Assembly (NCBI GenBank): GCA_050633305.1
Contig: JBOEGF010000032.1
Coordinates: forward strand, 257,222 to 321,221
Source of the DNA: Nannocystales bacterium
GTDB taxonomy: Bacteria > Myxococcota_A > Polyangia > Nannocystales > Nannocystaceae
Length of the DNA stretch: 64,000 nucleotides
Direction of reading: 5' to 3'
Positions 37,060 through 46,938 of this stretch are shown here, one piece after another; within the stretch, counting starts at the first letter, position 1; the number at the start of each line of letters is the position of its first letter. A program made the translations under genes and the position numbers. The notes under the pieces were generated by a model. That model ran no database searches, was not told where the DNA came from, and was given only the letters and a program-made list of their open reading frames with translations.

Positions 37060-38493
37060 ATGTCGCTCTCACCGATTCGAGCTCGCACGGGGCACGGCGA
37101 GCCCCCCTTGGTCCTCGTCGTCGACGCCAACCCCGCTCCCGTTGTCCTGCAGTGGCTCCGACAGGCTGACTTCCGAGCACGGTTGGTGTCGAAAGCCGAG
37201 GCGTTGCTCGACGCGCTGTCCACTTCATTGCCGGACTTGGTACTGCTGAGCCCAGAGCTCCCCGGGCTCAGTGGTGTTGATGCGATCCGGGAGATTCGCG
37301 CTCGTCACGGCACGGTCCCCATCGTCATGCTCGCGGGCGAGGCCCCCGTCCCCGACCTCATGCTCGCGGGTGCGTATGACTTCGTCACCGACCCGACCGA
37401 CCGCACCAAGCTGCTGACCACAGCGCGCAACGCCTGCGAGCGGCACCGACTCACCGTCAAGCTCGCAGACCTCGAACGACAAGCCCGCGATGACGGTTTT
37501 GCTGGCATCGCAGGCCGATCGCCAAAGATGCGTCGACTGTTCGGACAGATGAGCAAGCTCGCGCTGAGTGATATCTCGCTGCTGATCCACGGGGAGCGCG
37601 GGACCGGCAAGGAGTTGATCGCCCGGGCCCTTCACGACGCGAGTGCACGCGCGACCGGTCCGTACGTGGCCTTCAACTGCGCGTGGGTCCCCGAATCGCG
37701 AGGAGGCGCGGAGTTGTTCGGCCAACAAAAGGAGCCACTCGTGGCGGCGACCGAAACCTTGCTCGAGCGCTTCGAGCAGGCAAACGGAGGCACCTTGTTC
37801 CTCGACGGGGTTGCCGAACTCTCCTCGAGTCTGCAGACGAAGCTGCTCCACGCCCTGCACAGACGCCGGCTGGACGGCGTAGGCCCCGTGCACCCGGACT
37901 TCCGGATCATCGTCTCTACACACCGCGATCTGCGGGCCATGGTCGCGCGCGGCGAGTTCCGGGAGGACCTGTATGCACGGCTCGCTGGGTTCGAGTTGGA
38001 GGTCCCGCCCCTACGCGAGCGGGTCGGCGACGTTGGGCTTCTCGCCCAGCACGTGCTCAGGCGCGAGGTGGGGTCCGATGGAGTCCTCCCGCGCTTCGAT
38101 GATGCCTCGTTGAGCATGCTCCGCAACCACCGATGGCCCGGCAACGTCCGTGAACTCCGAGAGGTCGTTCGGTACGCGGCGAGCAGCAGCGAGGATGGAT
38201 GTGTCCGCCCCCACCACCTCCCGGAGAGCTTGCACGGGGGGACTTCCGAGGAAGCTGCCAACGGTATCCCGCATGCGCCGGAGGTGTCCGGACGGAACTT
38301 TGAAGCGCCCGGCGGGCACAACGAGCAACCCGCCAACGCCCCGAGTTTCTTCGGCACGCTCGCCGAACTCGAACGCGAGGCCATCGAGCGCGAGCTCGAG
38401 CGGTGGAACGGAAACGTGACGGCGGTCGGGAAAGCCTTGGGAATCGGCCGGACGACGCTGTACCGACGCCTCAAGGCGTACGGGCTTCGGTGA
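37060..38493 (+). CDS. NtrC-like (REC-AAA+-HTH) regulator with degenerate motifs
   Basis: GERGTGKE, FREDLYARL, WPGNVREL and Fis-type HTH present; no GAFTGA, Walker B is LFLDG, receiver Asp replaced by Ser. Confidence 0.85.
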   Translation: MSLSPIRARTGHGEPPLVLVVDANPAPVVLQWLRQADFRARLVSKAEALLDALSTSLPDLVLLSPELPGLSGVDAIREIRARHGTVPIVMLAGEAPVPDLMLAGAYDFVTDPTDRTKLLTTARNACERHRLTVKLADLERQARDDGFAGIAGRSPKMRRLFGQMSKLALSDISLLIHGERGTGKELIARALHDASARATGPYVAFNCAWVPESRGGAELFGQQKEPLVAATETLLERFEQANGGTLFLDGVAELSSSLQTKLLHALHRRRLDGVGPVHPDFRIIVSTHRDLRAMVARGEFREDLYARLAGFELEVPPLRERVGDVGLLAQHVLRREVGSDGVLPRFDDASLSMLRNHRWPGNVRELREVVRYAASSSEDGCVRPHHLPESLHGGTSEEAANGIPHAPEVSGRNFEAPGGHNEQPANAPSFFGTLAELEREAIERELERWNGNVTAVGKALGIGRTTLYRRLKAYGLR

Positions 38494-39451
38494 GACTCGC
38501 GACAGCACGTTGAAGTGTGCCGAGGTCCGCCCCCGCCCCCGCCTCCGCCAAGACGCGTCGCGCTTTTCGACCGCCGCGCCTGCCCAAGAAGAGCCCGTGC
38601 ACATGCCGCGAAACGTCGTGAACGCGGCCGCCAGTGTCGACCCAGCGGCGCGTGTGTTGGACCATCGTCTCGAGGACCTCCTCGAGCGTCGCGACCGGAT
38701 GCGTGTCGCCGTACACACGCGCGTCCACATCGGCGAACGCCAGCGGGTCCCGATAGATCGCCCGCCCCACCATCACCCCATCGACCGGGTCTGCATGCGT
38801 GAGCGCAGCAAGCACGGCATCGGAGCTGTCGACCCCCCCGTTGAGCTCGATGCGAAGCGAGGGCCGCTCGCGTTTGAGGCGATGGATGTCCTCAGGGCGG
38901 AGCGGCGGCACGTTGCGGTTTTCTTTGGGGCTGAGGCCATGCAACCACGCCTTGCGTGCGTGCACGATGAACCCATCGCACCCCGCCTCCGTCACGATGT
39001 CGACGAAACGCAGCATGTCCTCGTAGCGGTCGAGTTCGTCGACCCCGATCCGGTGTTTGATGGTGACGGGCAACGACGTCGCCCCCTTCATCGCCGCGAC
39101 AGCATCCGCGACACGCTGCGGTTCCATCATCAACCGCGCCCCGAAAGCCCCGTCGCGGACCGCGGACGAGGGGCATCCGCAGTTGAGGTTGAGTTCGGTG
39201 AACCCGCGCTCCTGAGCCACCCGCGCGCACTGGACCAGGCGCCGGGGGTCGTTGTCGCCCACCTGTAGCGCCAGCGGGAGCTCCGAGGCGTCGAACCCTA
39301 GGTCTCGCTCCGCGCGACCATTGAGGATCGCGCGACCCATGACCATCTCGGTGTACAGCAGACACCGCCGCGAGACGGCCCGGGCCAGCACCCGGAAGTG
39401 CCGGTCGGTGCGCTCCATCATGGGCGCCACGCTGAAGCGGTACGCGTGCAC
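38471..39451 (-). CDS. dusA: tRNA dihydrouridine(20/20a) synthase
   Basis: FSVAPMM..TDRHFR, LYTEM, NLNCGCPS, VTIKHRIG, IVHARKAWL.GLSPKENR.VPPL. Confidence 0.95.
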   Translation of the reverse strand: MHAYRFSVAPMMERTDRHFRVLARAVSRRCLLYTEMVMGRAILNGRAERDLGFDASELPLALQVGDNDPRRLVQCARVAQERGFTELNLNCGCPSSAVRDGAFGARLMMEPQRVADAVAAMKGATSLPVTIKHRIGVDELDRYEDMLRFVDIVTEAGCDGFIVHARKAWLHGLSPKENRNVPPLRPEDIHRLKRERPSLRIELNGGVDSSDAVLAALTHADPVDGVMVGRAIYRDPLAFADVDARVYGDTHPVATLEEVLETMVQHTRRWVDTGGRVHDVSRHVHGLFLGRRGGRKARRVLAEAGAGADLGTLQRAVASLTEARTP

Positions 39452-39503
39452 GCGCGGAGGATGAAGCAGCCGAGGCGGGTTGTCGAACCGCGGCGCGGGT
39501 CCC

Positions 39504-40337
39504 ATGCTCGCCCCTGTGAAGGTGGGGCTCGTCGGTGGCGGTTTTCTGGGGATGGCGCTCGCGCGGACGCTGGGTCCGGGCACGGTTGTCGCGACCCGTT
39601 CTGGAACCTGGCGCGAAGACGAGCCTCCACGAGGCGTCAACATGCACGCGCTCGACCTCACTTCGGACACGCTCGAGCTCGGACCGCTCGCCGAGTGCGA
39701 CGCCGTACACATCGCGGTCGCCCCAGGAAGCCGGGCCTCGGATCGCCGAGCGCTGTACGTCGAGGGCACTCGGCGGCTGCTCGAGCAGAGCCCCCGCGCC
39801 GGCTGGAAGCGCATCGTGTACGTCAGCTCCACCTCCGCCCTCCCCAACGTCGACGGCTGGGTGTTCGAATCCGACACCCGGCGCCCCGACGCGGAGCGCG
39901 GCCAGGTGCAAAGAGATGCCGAAGACCACGTGCTCGCATACGGACGCGAACACGGCATCCCAACCCTTGTCCTTCGGCTCGGTGGTTTGTATGGCCCCGG
40001 AAGGGCGCTTGGGCGGCTGTACCGCAAGCGCCGTGACGGACCCCTGCCCGGGGACGGCAACGCGCCCACCAACCTCATCCACCTCGATGACGCGGTCCAG
40101 TCCAGCCTCGCCGCCTTGGCAGCGCCTGCCCACGTGGGCGGGATTGTCCACGCGGTCGACGATGATCACGCCCCGCGGCGACTGATGTACGAGGCCGTCG
40201 CAAAAACCCACGGGCTCGATCCGCTGCAATGGGAGCGACCCGTCGACCCCGTAAACCCTCCTGTGGGCAAGCGCGTGTCGAATCTGAGGCTAAAGCTCGA
40301 ACTTGGAGTCCGACTGAAGCATCCCACGCATCGGTGA
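39504..40337 (+). CDS. NAD-dependent epimerase/dehydratase (atypical SDR, YeeZ-like)
   Basis: GGGFLG Rossmann motif, YVSSTS, LRLGGLYGPGR, NLIHLDD, KRVSN. Confidence 0.85.
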   Translation: MLAPVKVGLVGGGFLGMALARTLGPGTVVATRSGTWREDEPPRGVNMHALDLTSDTLELGPLAECDAVHIAVAPGSRASDRRALYVEGTRRLLEQSPRAGWKRIVYVSSTSALPNVDGWVFESDTRRPDAERGQVQRDAEDHVLAYGREHGIPTLVLRLGGLYGPGRALGRLYRKRRDGPLPGDGNAPTNLIHLDDAVQSSLAALAAPAHVGGIVHAVDDDHAPRRLMYEAVAKTHGLDPLQWERPVDPVNPPVGKRVSNLRLKLELGVRLKHPTHR

Positions 40338-40408
40338 CGTTTGAAGGGGTGGGGCTTGCGGGTGCGCATCACGTGCTTAAACCCAGCCAGTCGCCTTCGG
40401 AGCTCGCC

Positions 40409-41353
40409 ATGAACCCAGCCAACGTCACCGACGCCGTCTCGTCCGCCCTCGTCCCCACCCAGCTCGGCTCCGTTCAGACGGGCCCGGCTGGCGGCGGAAT
40501 CGACGAGAGTGAGCTGCGAGAGGAACTCGAAGCTGTGTCCGCCGAGGCGCTCCAGGCGCGAAGCGAGGGGCTTGGGTTGGCGGAGGCGACACGCGACCCA
40601 CGCTTCACGGCGCTTCACCAGTTTCACCAAGACCTCCGCGACGCCATGTTCGTGGAGATCCCCAAGGAGCTGCAGCCCTGGGTCGACGGGCTGCGCGAAC
40701 CATCGGGAGCCCAGGGAACCGCGACGCTGGGCCGAGCGCTCACCGCCGTCGCCCACCCCGCTGACGAGGACTCCGACCTCGACCCGCTGGCGTCCGCGCA
40801 ACAACAGGCGTTGGCAGAGTTGCTCGTCTTCGAAGCGATCCGACTCCGGCTGCTCGTCGCGTCGTGGTCCAGCCAGACCTTCGAACAACTCGGCGGCGAG
40901 GAGTCCGACGTCGACGACATCGCATGGGAAGAAGTCGAGGCGCTCCTGAGCGATCCGGCCGTCTTGCTGCCCGAGGTTCGCCCCCTCCAGCTCATGTTCG
41001 CGTCCGCTTCGGTCAGCCTCGCCCGCGACGCGGCGGAGCGCGCGGACGCTCTCAATCATGTCGGGGACGACCTGCGTGAGGAGCTGAGCATGCGGGCCAA
41101 GCTCCGCTCGGCGCTTCGCGAGTTGCGGCTGCCCGAGTCGGTCCTTCTGGAGAATGCACTCTCCGGTTTGCTCGGTGGAGATCGGATGGGCCTGGTCGAG
41201 CTTCAAGAGGACCGCCCGGTCGCGCTCGAAGGCATGTCCCGTCAAGCGATGGACCAGCGCGTCTCTCGAGGGCGACGGGCCCTGGCGCGAACCGAGTCCG
41301 CGTGGCCCCGGCGCCGCCGCCCGGCGTTGTACGACTTGCTCCGCACCTCCTGA
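40409..41353 (+). CDS. hypothetical helical protein with C-terminal sigma-region-4-like HTH
   Basis: ALRELRLPESVLL...GMSRQAMDQRVSRGRRAL resembles a sigma-70 region 4 helix-turn-helix. Confidence 0.6.
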   Translation: MNPANVTDAVSSALVPTQLGSVQTGPAGGGIDESELREELEAVSAEALQARSEGLGLAEATRDPRFTALHQFHQDLRDAMFVEIPKELQPWVDGLREPSGAQGTATLGRALTAVAHPADEDSDLDPLASAQQQALAELLVFEAIRLRLLVASWSSQTFEQLGGEESDVDDIAWEEVEALLSDPAVLLPEVRPLQLMFASASVSLARDAAERADALNHVGDDLREELSMRAKLRSALRELRLPESVLLENALSGLLGGDRMGLVELQEDRPVALEGMSRQAMDQRVSRGRRALARTESAWPRRRRPALYDLLRTS

Positions 41354-41400
41354 TCTCGTCGGCCGCCGAGACCGGTGGCCTGCGCTATGCTCCGCTCCTC

Positions 41401-41931
41401 GTGTCGTCTCCCCCGTCACGGGCCCGACGGGTCGCCCTCGCCGCTGCGCTTTGCGTGGCGGCGCTTGCGTTGGATCTGGGCAGCAAGGCTTGGGTTTGGG
41501 AACACCTGCGGCACCAGCGACCGCAGGTGGTGCTCGAAGGGTGGTTGCGCTTCGAGTTTGCCTTCAACACGGGGTCGGCGTTCGGACTCGCCAACGATGT
41601 CGGCTCCGCTCGGCTCGTCTTCATCGCCATCACGCTCGGGGTGCTGCTCTACCTCGCCCGGATGCTGCGCCGCCTCCCCACAGACGCCCCCGTGTCGTTC
41701 GCAGCGGTCGGACTCTTTGCCGGAGGCGCCCTGGGCAACCTTCACGATCGGTTCGTACGCCACATGTGGTTCTTCGACCGCGGCGACCAGTACGGTGTCG
41801 TCGACTTCATCGTGGTCTCGTGGGGCGAGCGATCGTGGCCCGCATTCAACGTGGCTGACATCGCGTTGGCCACCGGTGTCGCGTTGCTGTTGCTTGGGCT
41901 CCGAGGACGGCTGAGGGCGGAGCGCAGCTGA
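41401..41931 (+). CDS. lspA: lipoprotein signal peptidase II (copy 1)
   Basis: DLGSK, FNTGSAFG, GGALGNLHDR, VVDFI, WPAFNVAD. Confidence 0.92.
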   Translation: MSSPPSRARRVALAAALCVAALALDLGSKAWVWEHLRHQRPQVVLEGWLRFEFAFNTGSAFGLANDVGSARLVFIAITLGVLLYLARMLRRLPTDAPVSFAAVGLFAGGALGNLHDRFVRHMWFFDRGDQYGVVDFIVVSWGERSWPAFNVADIALATGVALLLLGLRGRLRAERS

Positions 41932-42815
41932 TGCATCCACACCTCTTCACGCTGCCCTGGGGTACGGAGGTCAACGCCTACGGCACCCTCATCATGCTCG
42001 GGGGGCTTCTCTGCCTGCCGATGACGGTTTGGGACGCCGCAAGCCGGGGTATCCCACGAGCTCGGCGTCTGTCGTTCCTGGTCGACATGTGGCTCGTCAT
42101 CGTCCTTGGCGCATTCTTCGGCGGCCGCTTGCTGCACGTCGTCACGGTCCCGGGCGTCTATGCCGAGGACCCGAGCAAGCTGTTCGCAATCGACAGCACC
42201 GGCTTCGTGTTCTTCGGCAGCCTGCTCGCCGTCGCGGGGGGCTGGATCGGACTGGCCCGCCGCTACGACCTGCGCGTCGGCTCCGTGTGGGACATGGGCC
42301 TGACCTGGCTCCCCCTCGGACACGCCGCAGGTCGCTTCGGCTGTTTTCTCGCCGGCTGCTGCTGGGGCGGGGTGCATACCGGGGGCAGAGGGCTGCGGTT
42401 CGGTCCGGACTCGATCGTCGTCCTCACTTCGGGCGCCCCGGTGGTCGGAGGCGGCGACACGCTCACCACCCTCCCCCTACACCCGACCCAGCTCTACGAA
42501 GCGTTCGGATTGCTGACGTTGCTCGCGCTCACCTGGGCGATTCGGGTCCGCCGCGGTGTGGAGCCTCCATGGCGAATGGCCAGCCGCTACGCGCTCGCCT
42601 ACGGACTCCTTCGCGCGTGCGTCGAAGTGTTCCGCGGGGACGCCTCGCGTGGGTTCGTCTTCGAGTGCACAGCACCCAGCCTGTCTCGGGCGCTGTCCCT
42701 TGCCCCCGAGCATCCCCTCCTGCTTTCGATCTCCCAGGTCACCGCCCTTGGAATGGTCGCGCTGGGTGCGTGGGGGCTCTGGAAAACGCGCCAAGCCCCT
42801 GAGATCGAAGCATAA
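41931..42815 (+). CDS. lgt: prolipoprotein diacylglyceryl transferase
   Basis: YG, GGRL.HV, G.VFFG, GRFGCFLAGCCWG, HPTQLYE, R..VE.FRGD. Confidence 0.9.
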   Translation: MHPHLFTLPWGTEVNAYGTLIMLGGLLCLPMTVWDAASRGIPRARRLSFLVDMWLVIVLGAFFGGRLLHVVTVPGVYAEDPSKLFAIDSTGFVFFGSLLAVAGGWIGLARRYDLRVGSVWDMGLTWLPLGHAAGRFGCFLAGCCWGGVHTGGRGLRFGPDSIVVLTSGAPVVGGGDTLTTLPLHPTQLYEAFGLLTLLALTWAIRVRRGVEPPWRMASRYALAYGLLRACVEVFRGDASRGFVFECTAPSLSRALSLAPEHPLLLSISQVTALGMVALGAWGLWKTRQAPEIEA

Positions 42816-42864
42816 AACCATCTCCTGCGCCCGCCGAGGTGGTGCGCTATGCTCCCGCTCCGCC

Positions 42865-43524
42865 ATGACCGACGCCTCATCCCCCAGCGCGGCCGCCCCT
42901 TCTCGAAAGCAACGCCTCATCGAGACGGTCGTCGTCATGGTGATCACCCTCGGCCTCGACCTGTGGTCCAAGGCCTGGGCGTGGGAGAACCTCCGGAACC
43001 CTTCGGTCAAGAAGGAGATCATCAAGGACTGGTTCGAGTTCGAGTTCGGCTTCAACACCGGTGCCGCGTTCAGCTTCCTTCGGGATGCTTCGTACGCCCG
43101 CATGGTGTTCATCGGCGTCACCATCCTCGCGCTTCTCTACATGGCTCGTCTTGCGTGGACGATGCCCACCAAGTTCCGGACCGCGTTCATGGCAGTCGCA
43201 CTGGTCGCCGGCGGCGCGCTGGGCAACCTGCACGACCGGTTGGTCCGGCAACTCGAGATCCGCGGCGAGATGCACTACGGCGTGGTGGACTTCATCAAGG
43301 TCCACTACTGGGAAGGCAAGGTCTGGCCGACGTTCAACATCGCCGACGTGGCCTTGGTCGTAGGCGTGGGCTTGCTGTTCATCTTCCTCACGCGCCACGG
43401 CGACGCGCTCGATGGCAAGAAGACCGCCGACGCTGACGCTACCGATGACGGCCCCACCGACGATGACGGCCCATCCGAAGACGACGCAGGGAAGAAGCCC
43501 GACGATGCCGTTGCGGACGCCTGA
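42865..43524 (+). CDS. lspA: lipoprotein signal peptidase II (copy 2) with acidic tail
   Basis: DLWSK, FNTGAAFS, GGALGNLHDR, VVDFI, WPTFNIAD. Confidence 0.93.
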   Translation: MTDASSPSAAAPSRKQRLIETVVVMVITLGLDLWSKAWAWENLRNPSVKKEIIKDWFEFEFGFNTGAAFSFLRDASYARMVFIGVTILALLYMARLAWTMPTKFRTAFMAVALVAGGALGNLHDRLVRQLEIRGEMHYGVVDFIKVHYWEGKVWPTFNIADVALVVGVGLLFIFLTRHGDALDGKKTADADATDDGPTDDDGPSEDDAGKKPDDAVADA

Positions 43525-43551
43525 GTCCACTCGCACCACGGTACGTGCCGA

Positions 43552-44781
43552 CTAGGCTTCGCGGTCGAACGCGCGGACCTTGGCGATCGACTCGAGTCGC
43601 TCGCCCTCGGGGTCACTGTCGAGCACGATGCCCCCGCCGCCGTGCACCGTGAGCCCGTCCTGGTCGCACTGACCGCTGCGGATGGCGATGTTGACGCTGA
43701 CACGCTCGGGCGTGATCAGCACGAGGCCCCCACAATACAATCCTCTGGGGACGGTCTCGAGACGCTCGATGATGCCAAGCGTGGCGATCTTGGGAGCACC
43801 GGTGATCGAGCCCCCGGGGAACAACGCGGCCAGGAGAGCACCCAGCCCCAACCCTTCCGCGAGCCGGGCGTGCACGTCGGTGACCAGGTGATGCACCGTG
43901 GGCAAGGTGACCAACGCTGGCCGTGCCGATGCGCGCACGGTCCCCGGCGCTGCGATGCGGCCCAAGTCGTTGCGAACGAGATCGACGATCATCACGTGTT
44001 CCGCCGCGTCCTTGGCGCTGGCCAACAGCGCGTCGATGTTCGCCTGGTCTTCGTGCGGCGTCGCCCCGCGGGGGCGCGTCCCCTTGATCGGACTCGACGT
44101 CACGACACCGTCCTTCCAGTGCACCAGAGTCTCCGGTGCGTTGGACACGAGCGCCCCAGCCCCATCGAAGAGCAGCCCCCCCAGCGGCGCAGGCGTATCC
44201 GTGCGAAGCCGGTGGTACAGCGTCGCCACGGCGTCGGACCACGGCCGAGCCCGGGCCGCTTCTGTGAACGAGGCGTGAAACGGCTGAGAGAGGTTGACCT
44301 GGTACGTGTGTCCGGCGCGAATCTCCTCGAGCACCGCCTCGACACGCCGACGGTACTCGGCCGGTTCAACGCCGGACTGCAGCCGTCCCAACGGCCACGC
44401 GCCGGGGGTCCATGGCGGTGCCGACTCCAGGTGTCCAGCGATCGCCAACGCCGCCCTCTCGTCCCCAAGTCGCTCGACGCCGCCGGGTCCCCAGGCGAGC
44501 AGTCCATCGAACCGGCGAAGACAAACCCCCGGGAGGGCTCGGGACCGCGGCGCGCGTCCCAACGTCGCGTCGACACCTGCCTCGTAGGTCAGCCAGCCCA
44601 GCCAGTAGCCGGGGGGTAGCTCCGCAACACATGCGAGGTCGTCACTGCGAACCTCCTCCATGGGATGGAGACCCAACACGCTGCGGCCCTGCGGTCCTCC
44701 ATCGAGCCAGGAGAGCTGTGGGTAGGCACCCGTGCTCGCACAGGCCAGGACCTGCCGGCCCCAATCGTCTGCGCTGGGCAC
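43552..44781 (-). CDS. aminodeoxychorismate synthase component I / anthranilate synthase component I family
   Basis: TYQVNLSQ, SPIKGTRPRG, KDAAEHVMIVDLVRNDLG, FPGGSITGAPK, NIAIRS, GGGIV.DS. Confidence 0.88.
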   Translation of the reverse strand: MPSADDWGRQVLACASTGAYPQLSWLDGGPQGRSVLGLHPMEEVRSDDLACVAELPPGYWLGWLTYEAGVDATLGRAPRSRALPGVCLRRFDGLLAWGPGGVERLGDERAALAIAGHLESAPPWTPGAWPLGRLQSGVEPAEYRRRVEAVLEEIRAGHTYQVNLSQPFHASFTEAARARPWSDAVATLYHRLRTDTPAPLGGLLFDGAGALVSNAPETLVHWKDGVVTSSPIKGTRPRGATPHEDQANIDALLASAKDAAEHVMIVDLVRNDLGRIAAPGTVRASARPALVTLPTVHHLVTDVHARLAEGLGLGALLAALFPGGSITGAPKIATLGIIERLETVPRGLYCGGLVLITPERVSVNIAIRSGQCDQDGLTVHGGGGIVLDSDPEGERLESIAKVRAFDREA

Positions 44782-44788
44782 GACCGCG

Positions 44789-45385
44789 TCAGTCCGCGTT
44801 GGCGCGCAGGCCGTCTCGGAAGGCGCCGGTGTACGTCACCGCCGACAGCAGCGAGAGCGCCAGCGCCAAGTACAGGAACAACATCCCCACGGCGTGAAAG
44901 TCGAAGGGCGCGTCGAAGAACGGCAGGCGATAGGGATACCGCACCAGGACGCAGCAGATGCCGACCAGCTGAAACACGGTCTTCATCTTCCCGCCCTCAC
45001 CAGCGGCGATCACGATGCCCCGTTCAGCGGCGATCTGGCGGATCCCGTTGATGTAGAGGTCTCGACCCAGCATCACAACGACCAACCATGCCGGGAGCAG
45101 GTTCACGACGACGAGGTAGATCATCGCCGACATCGCCATGAGCTTGTCGGCGAGCGGGTCGACGAACTTGCCGAACACCGTCACCAACCCCTGCTTCCGG
45201 GCGAGATACCCATCGAGGATATCGAGCAGCGAAGCGGCGGCGAAGATCAGGCTGGCGTACAGGTTCCGCACCGGGTCGGTGGGATCGATCAGCCAGATCA
45301 CCGGCGGGATCAAAAAGAGCCGGCCGAGCGTGATCATGTTTGGGAGATTCAGCATCTCCCGCTTGAGGCTCTCGTACGCGCTCAC
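44789..45385 (-). CDS. pgsA: CDP-diacylglycerol--glycerol-3-phosphate 3-phosphatidyltransferase
   Basis: NLPNMIT..R, D.LDGYLARK...VT.FGKFVDPLADK, GK.KT..Q. GTGA overlap with the upstream gene. Confidence 0.92.
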   Translation of the reverse strand: MSAYESLKREMLNLPNMITLGRLFLIPPVIWLIDPTDPVRNLYASLIFAAASLLDILDGYLARKQGLVTVFGKFVDPLADKLMAMSAMIYLVVVNLLPAWLVVVMLGRDLYINGIRQIAAERGIVIAAGEGGKMKTVFQLVGICCVLVRYPYRLPFFDAPFDFHAVGMLFLYLALALSLLSAVTYTGAFRDGLRANAD

Positions 45386-46047
45386 GTGTTTTGGTGACTC
45401 CCAGGGAGGCTGACCAAGACGGCCCCCTCTCCTTCGCAGACCAAGAAATCGGGGTCTCGACCGAGGTCGACCCGGGGGACGACGTTGCCGACCCAGCCGA
45501 TGAACCCTTCGGTACGCACCCGGTAGGGCCGACGCGGTGCGATCTTCACCGCGACCAACTCGCCATGGATCCGCAGCGCGACAGCCCCCTCCCCTGCCAC
45601 ACGAACCAGCGACATGGGGTTGTGCAGCCGAGTGCCCGGCAGACGGCCGACGTCCCACATCAGCGTAGACTCGAGCGCCCAAATATAGTTCTCGACGAAG
45701 AAGCACAGGTCTCGCTGCAACCGCAGCGGGTAGAAGCGCTCCTCCCCCCGCGAGAGCACCATGTGCCCCTGCCCCTCGAGCGAGACAAGCCGCTGGAAGA
45801 CCTCTGGAACCGCGCGCCCTTGCATGCGCCGATTGAGCGGACGCGCGTCGAGGTTCTCCGAGCAAAGCAGCAGGTCGTCCGTCCGCGACATGACCTCACC
45901 CGACACGGTCACCATCAGGTGGCCGTCGCTGGTCAGGGAGAGTGCCGCGGCGTCGGGCGTCGGGTTGAGAAGGCGGGCGAACGCAAACGCGGTCACGCCG
46001 GGGATCTCTCCGCGGTCACCGCTGGTGTGCTGTTGTCCGGCCGTCAT
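45382..46047 (-). CDS. AIM24-family-like protein
   Basis: Beta-rich repeats (LEGQGHMVL, VAGEGAVAL, CEGEGAVLV). Confidence 0.6.
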   Translation of the reverse strand: MTAGQQHTSGDRGEIPGVTAFAFARLLNPTPDAAALSLTSDGHLMVTVSGEVMSRTDDLLLCSENLDARPLNRRMQGRAVPEVFQRLVSLEGQGHMVLSRGEERFYPLRLQRDLCFFVENYIWALESTLMWDVGRLPGTRLHNPMSLVRVAGEGAVALRIHGELVAVKIAPRRPYRVRTEGFIGWVGNVVPRVDLGRDPDFLVCEGEGAVLVSLPGSHQNT

Positions 46048-46109
46048 GCTCCGTTGCACCATACCAGCCGGGGCCGAAGCGCCCTCGCGAGGATCCTCGC
46101 TCAGCGACG

Positions 46110-46853
46110 CTACGGCGCGATGTTCCGGGCTGGACCGCGACGCTGCGTCCCCACGCCCAGCTGCGCCTGCCGCTCGTAGGCGTAGAAGCGACGGAGCACC
46201 GCACGCACGTACGCCCGCGTCTCGGCAAACGGGGGCACACCGCCGTACTTCTGCACGTTCCCTGCCCCGGCGTTGTAGGCCGCGAGCACCAGGACCATGT
46301 CGCCGTTGTAGCGGTTCGCGAGCAACCGCAGATAGCGAGATCCCCCGAAGATGTTTTGCTTGGGGTCGTACGAATCGTTGACGCCCAAGGCCTGAGCGGT
46401 CTTCGGCATCAGCTGCATCAAGCCGGACGCGCCCGCGCGCGACGTGGCGCGAGGATGGTAGTTGCTCTCCGTGTGCACCACCGCCCGGATCAACGACTCG
46501 GGCAGCTGGTATCGAGACGCAGCGCCTCGAATGAACGTGTCGTAGCGGTGGAAGCGCTCGGAACCCAGCTTGACGGTGCTCGAGCGGCCCACGCCCGAGG
46601 GCGCTCGCCGCCCATGGGAGGCCCGGGATTCGGGACCACCCTCGAGGCTCTTCCACAACGTCCACGAGCCACGGCTGCGGCTGGGTACGTTGGTGACGTG
46701 GAGCGTGCCGCCTTCGTCCGTGTAGCTGTAGTAGTTGTTTCGCGAGGTGGCGGGGCGAGCGGAAGCCGCCGCGCCGAGGCCCAGGGCAGCGACGATCGCC
46801 GCCGCGCTGAACAACCAGCCAGTCTGACGGGCGCTGAGGAGCCGAAACCGCAC
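46110..46853 (-). CDS. lytic transglycosylase (SLT domain) with DUF4124-like N-terminal domain
   Basis: YSYTDEGG.LH.TN.P, AVVHTESNY, GASGLMQLMP.TA, AAYNAG, GVPPFAETR.YV. Confidence 0.92.
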   Translation of the reverse strand: MRFRLLSARQTGWLFSAAAIVAALGLGAAASARPATSRNNYYSYTDEGGTLHVTNVPSRSRGSWTLWKSLEGGPESRASHGRRAPSGVGRSSTVKLGSERFHRYDTFIRGAASRYQLPESLIRAVVHTESNYHPRATSRAGASGLMQLMPKTAQALGVNDSYDPKQNIFGGSRYLRLLANRYNGDMVLVLAAYNAGAGNVQKYGGVPPFAETRAYVRAVLRRFYAYERQAQLGVGTQRRGPARNIAP

Positions 46854-46938
46854 GAGCACCAGTGTACCGCAGCGTCTCCGGCGCCCAAGAAAACCGGCAC
46901 GTGTCGGGTTGACCCGGGGCTGCTAGCCTGCGGCGACG

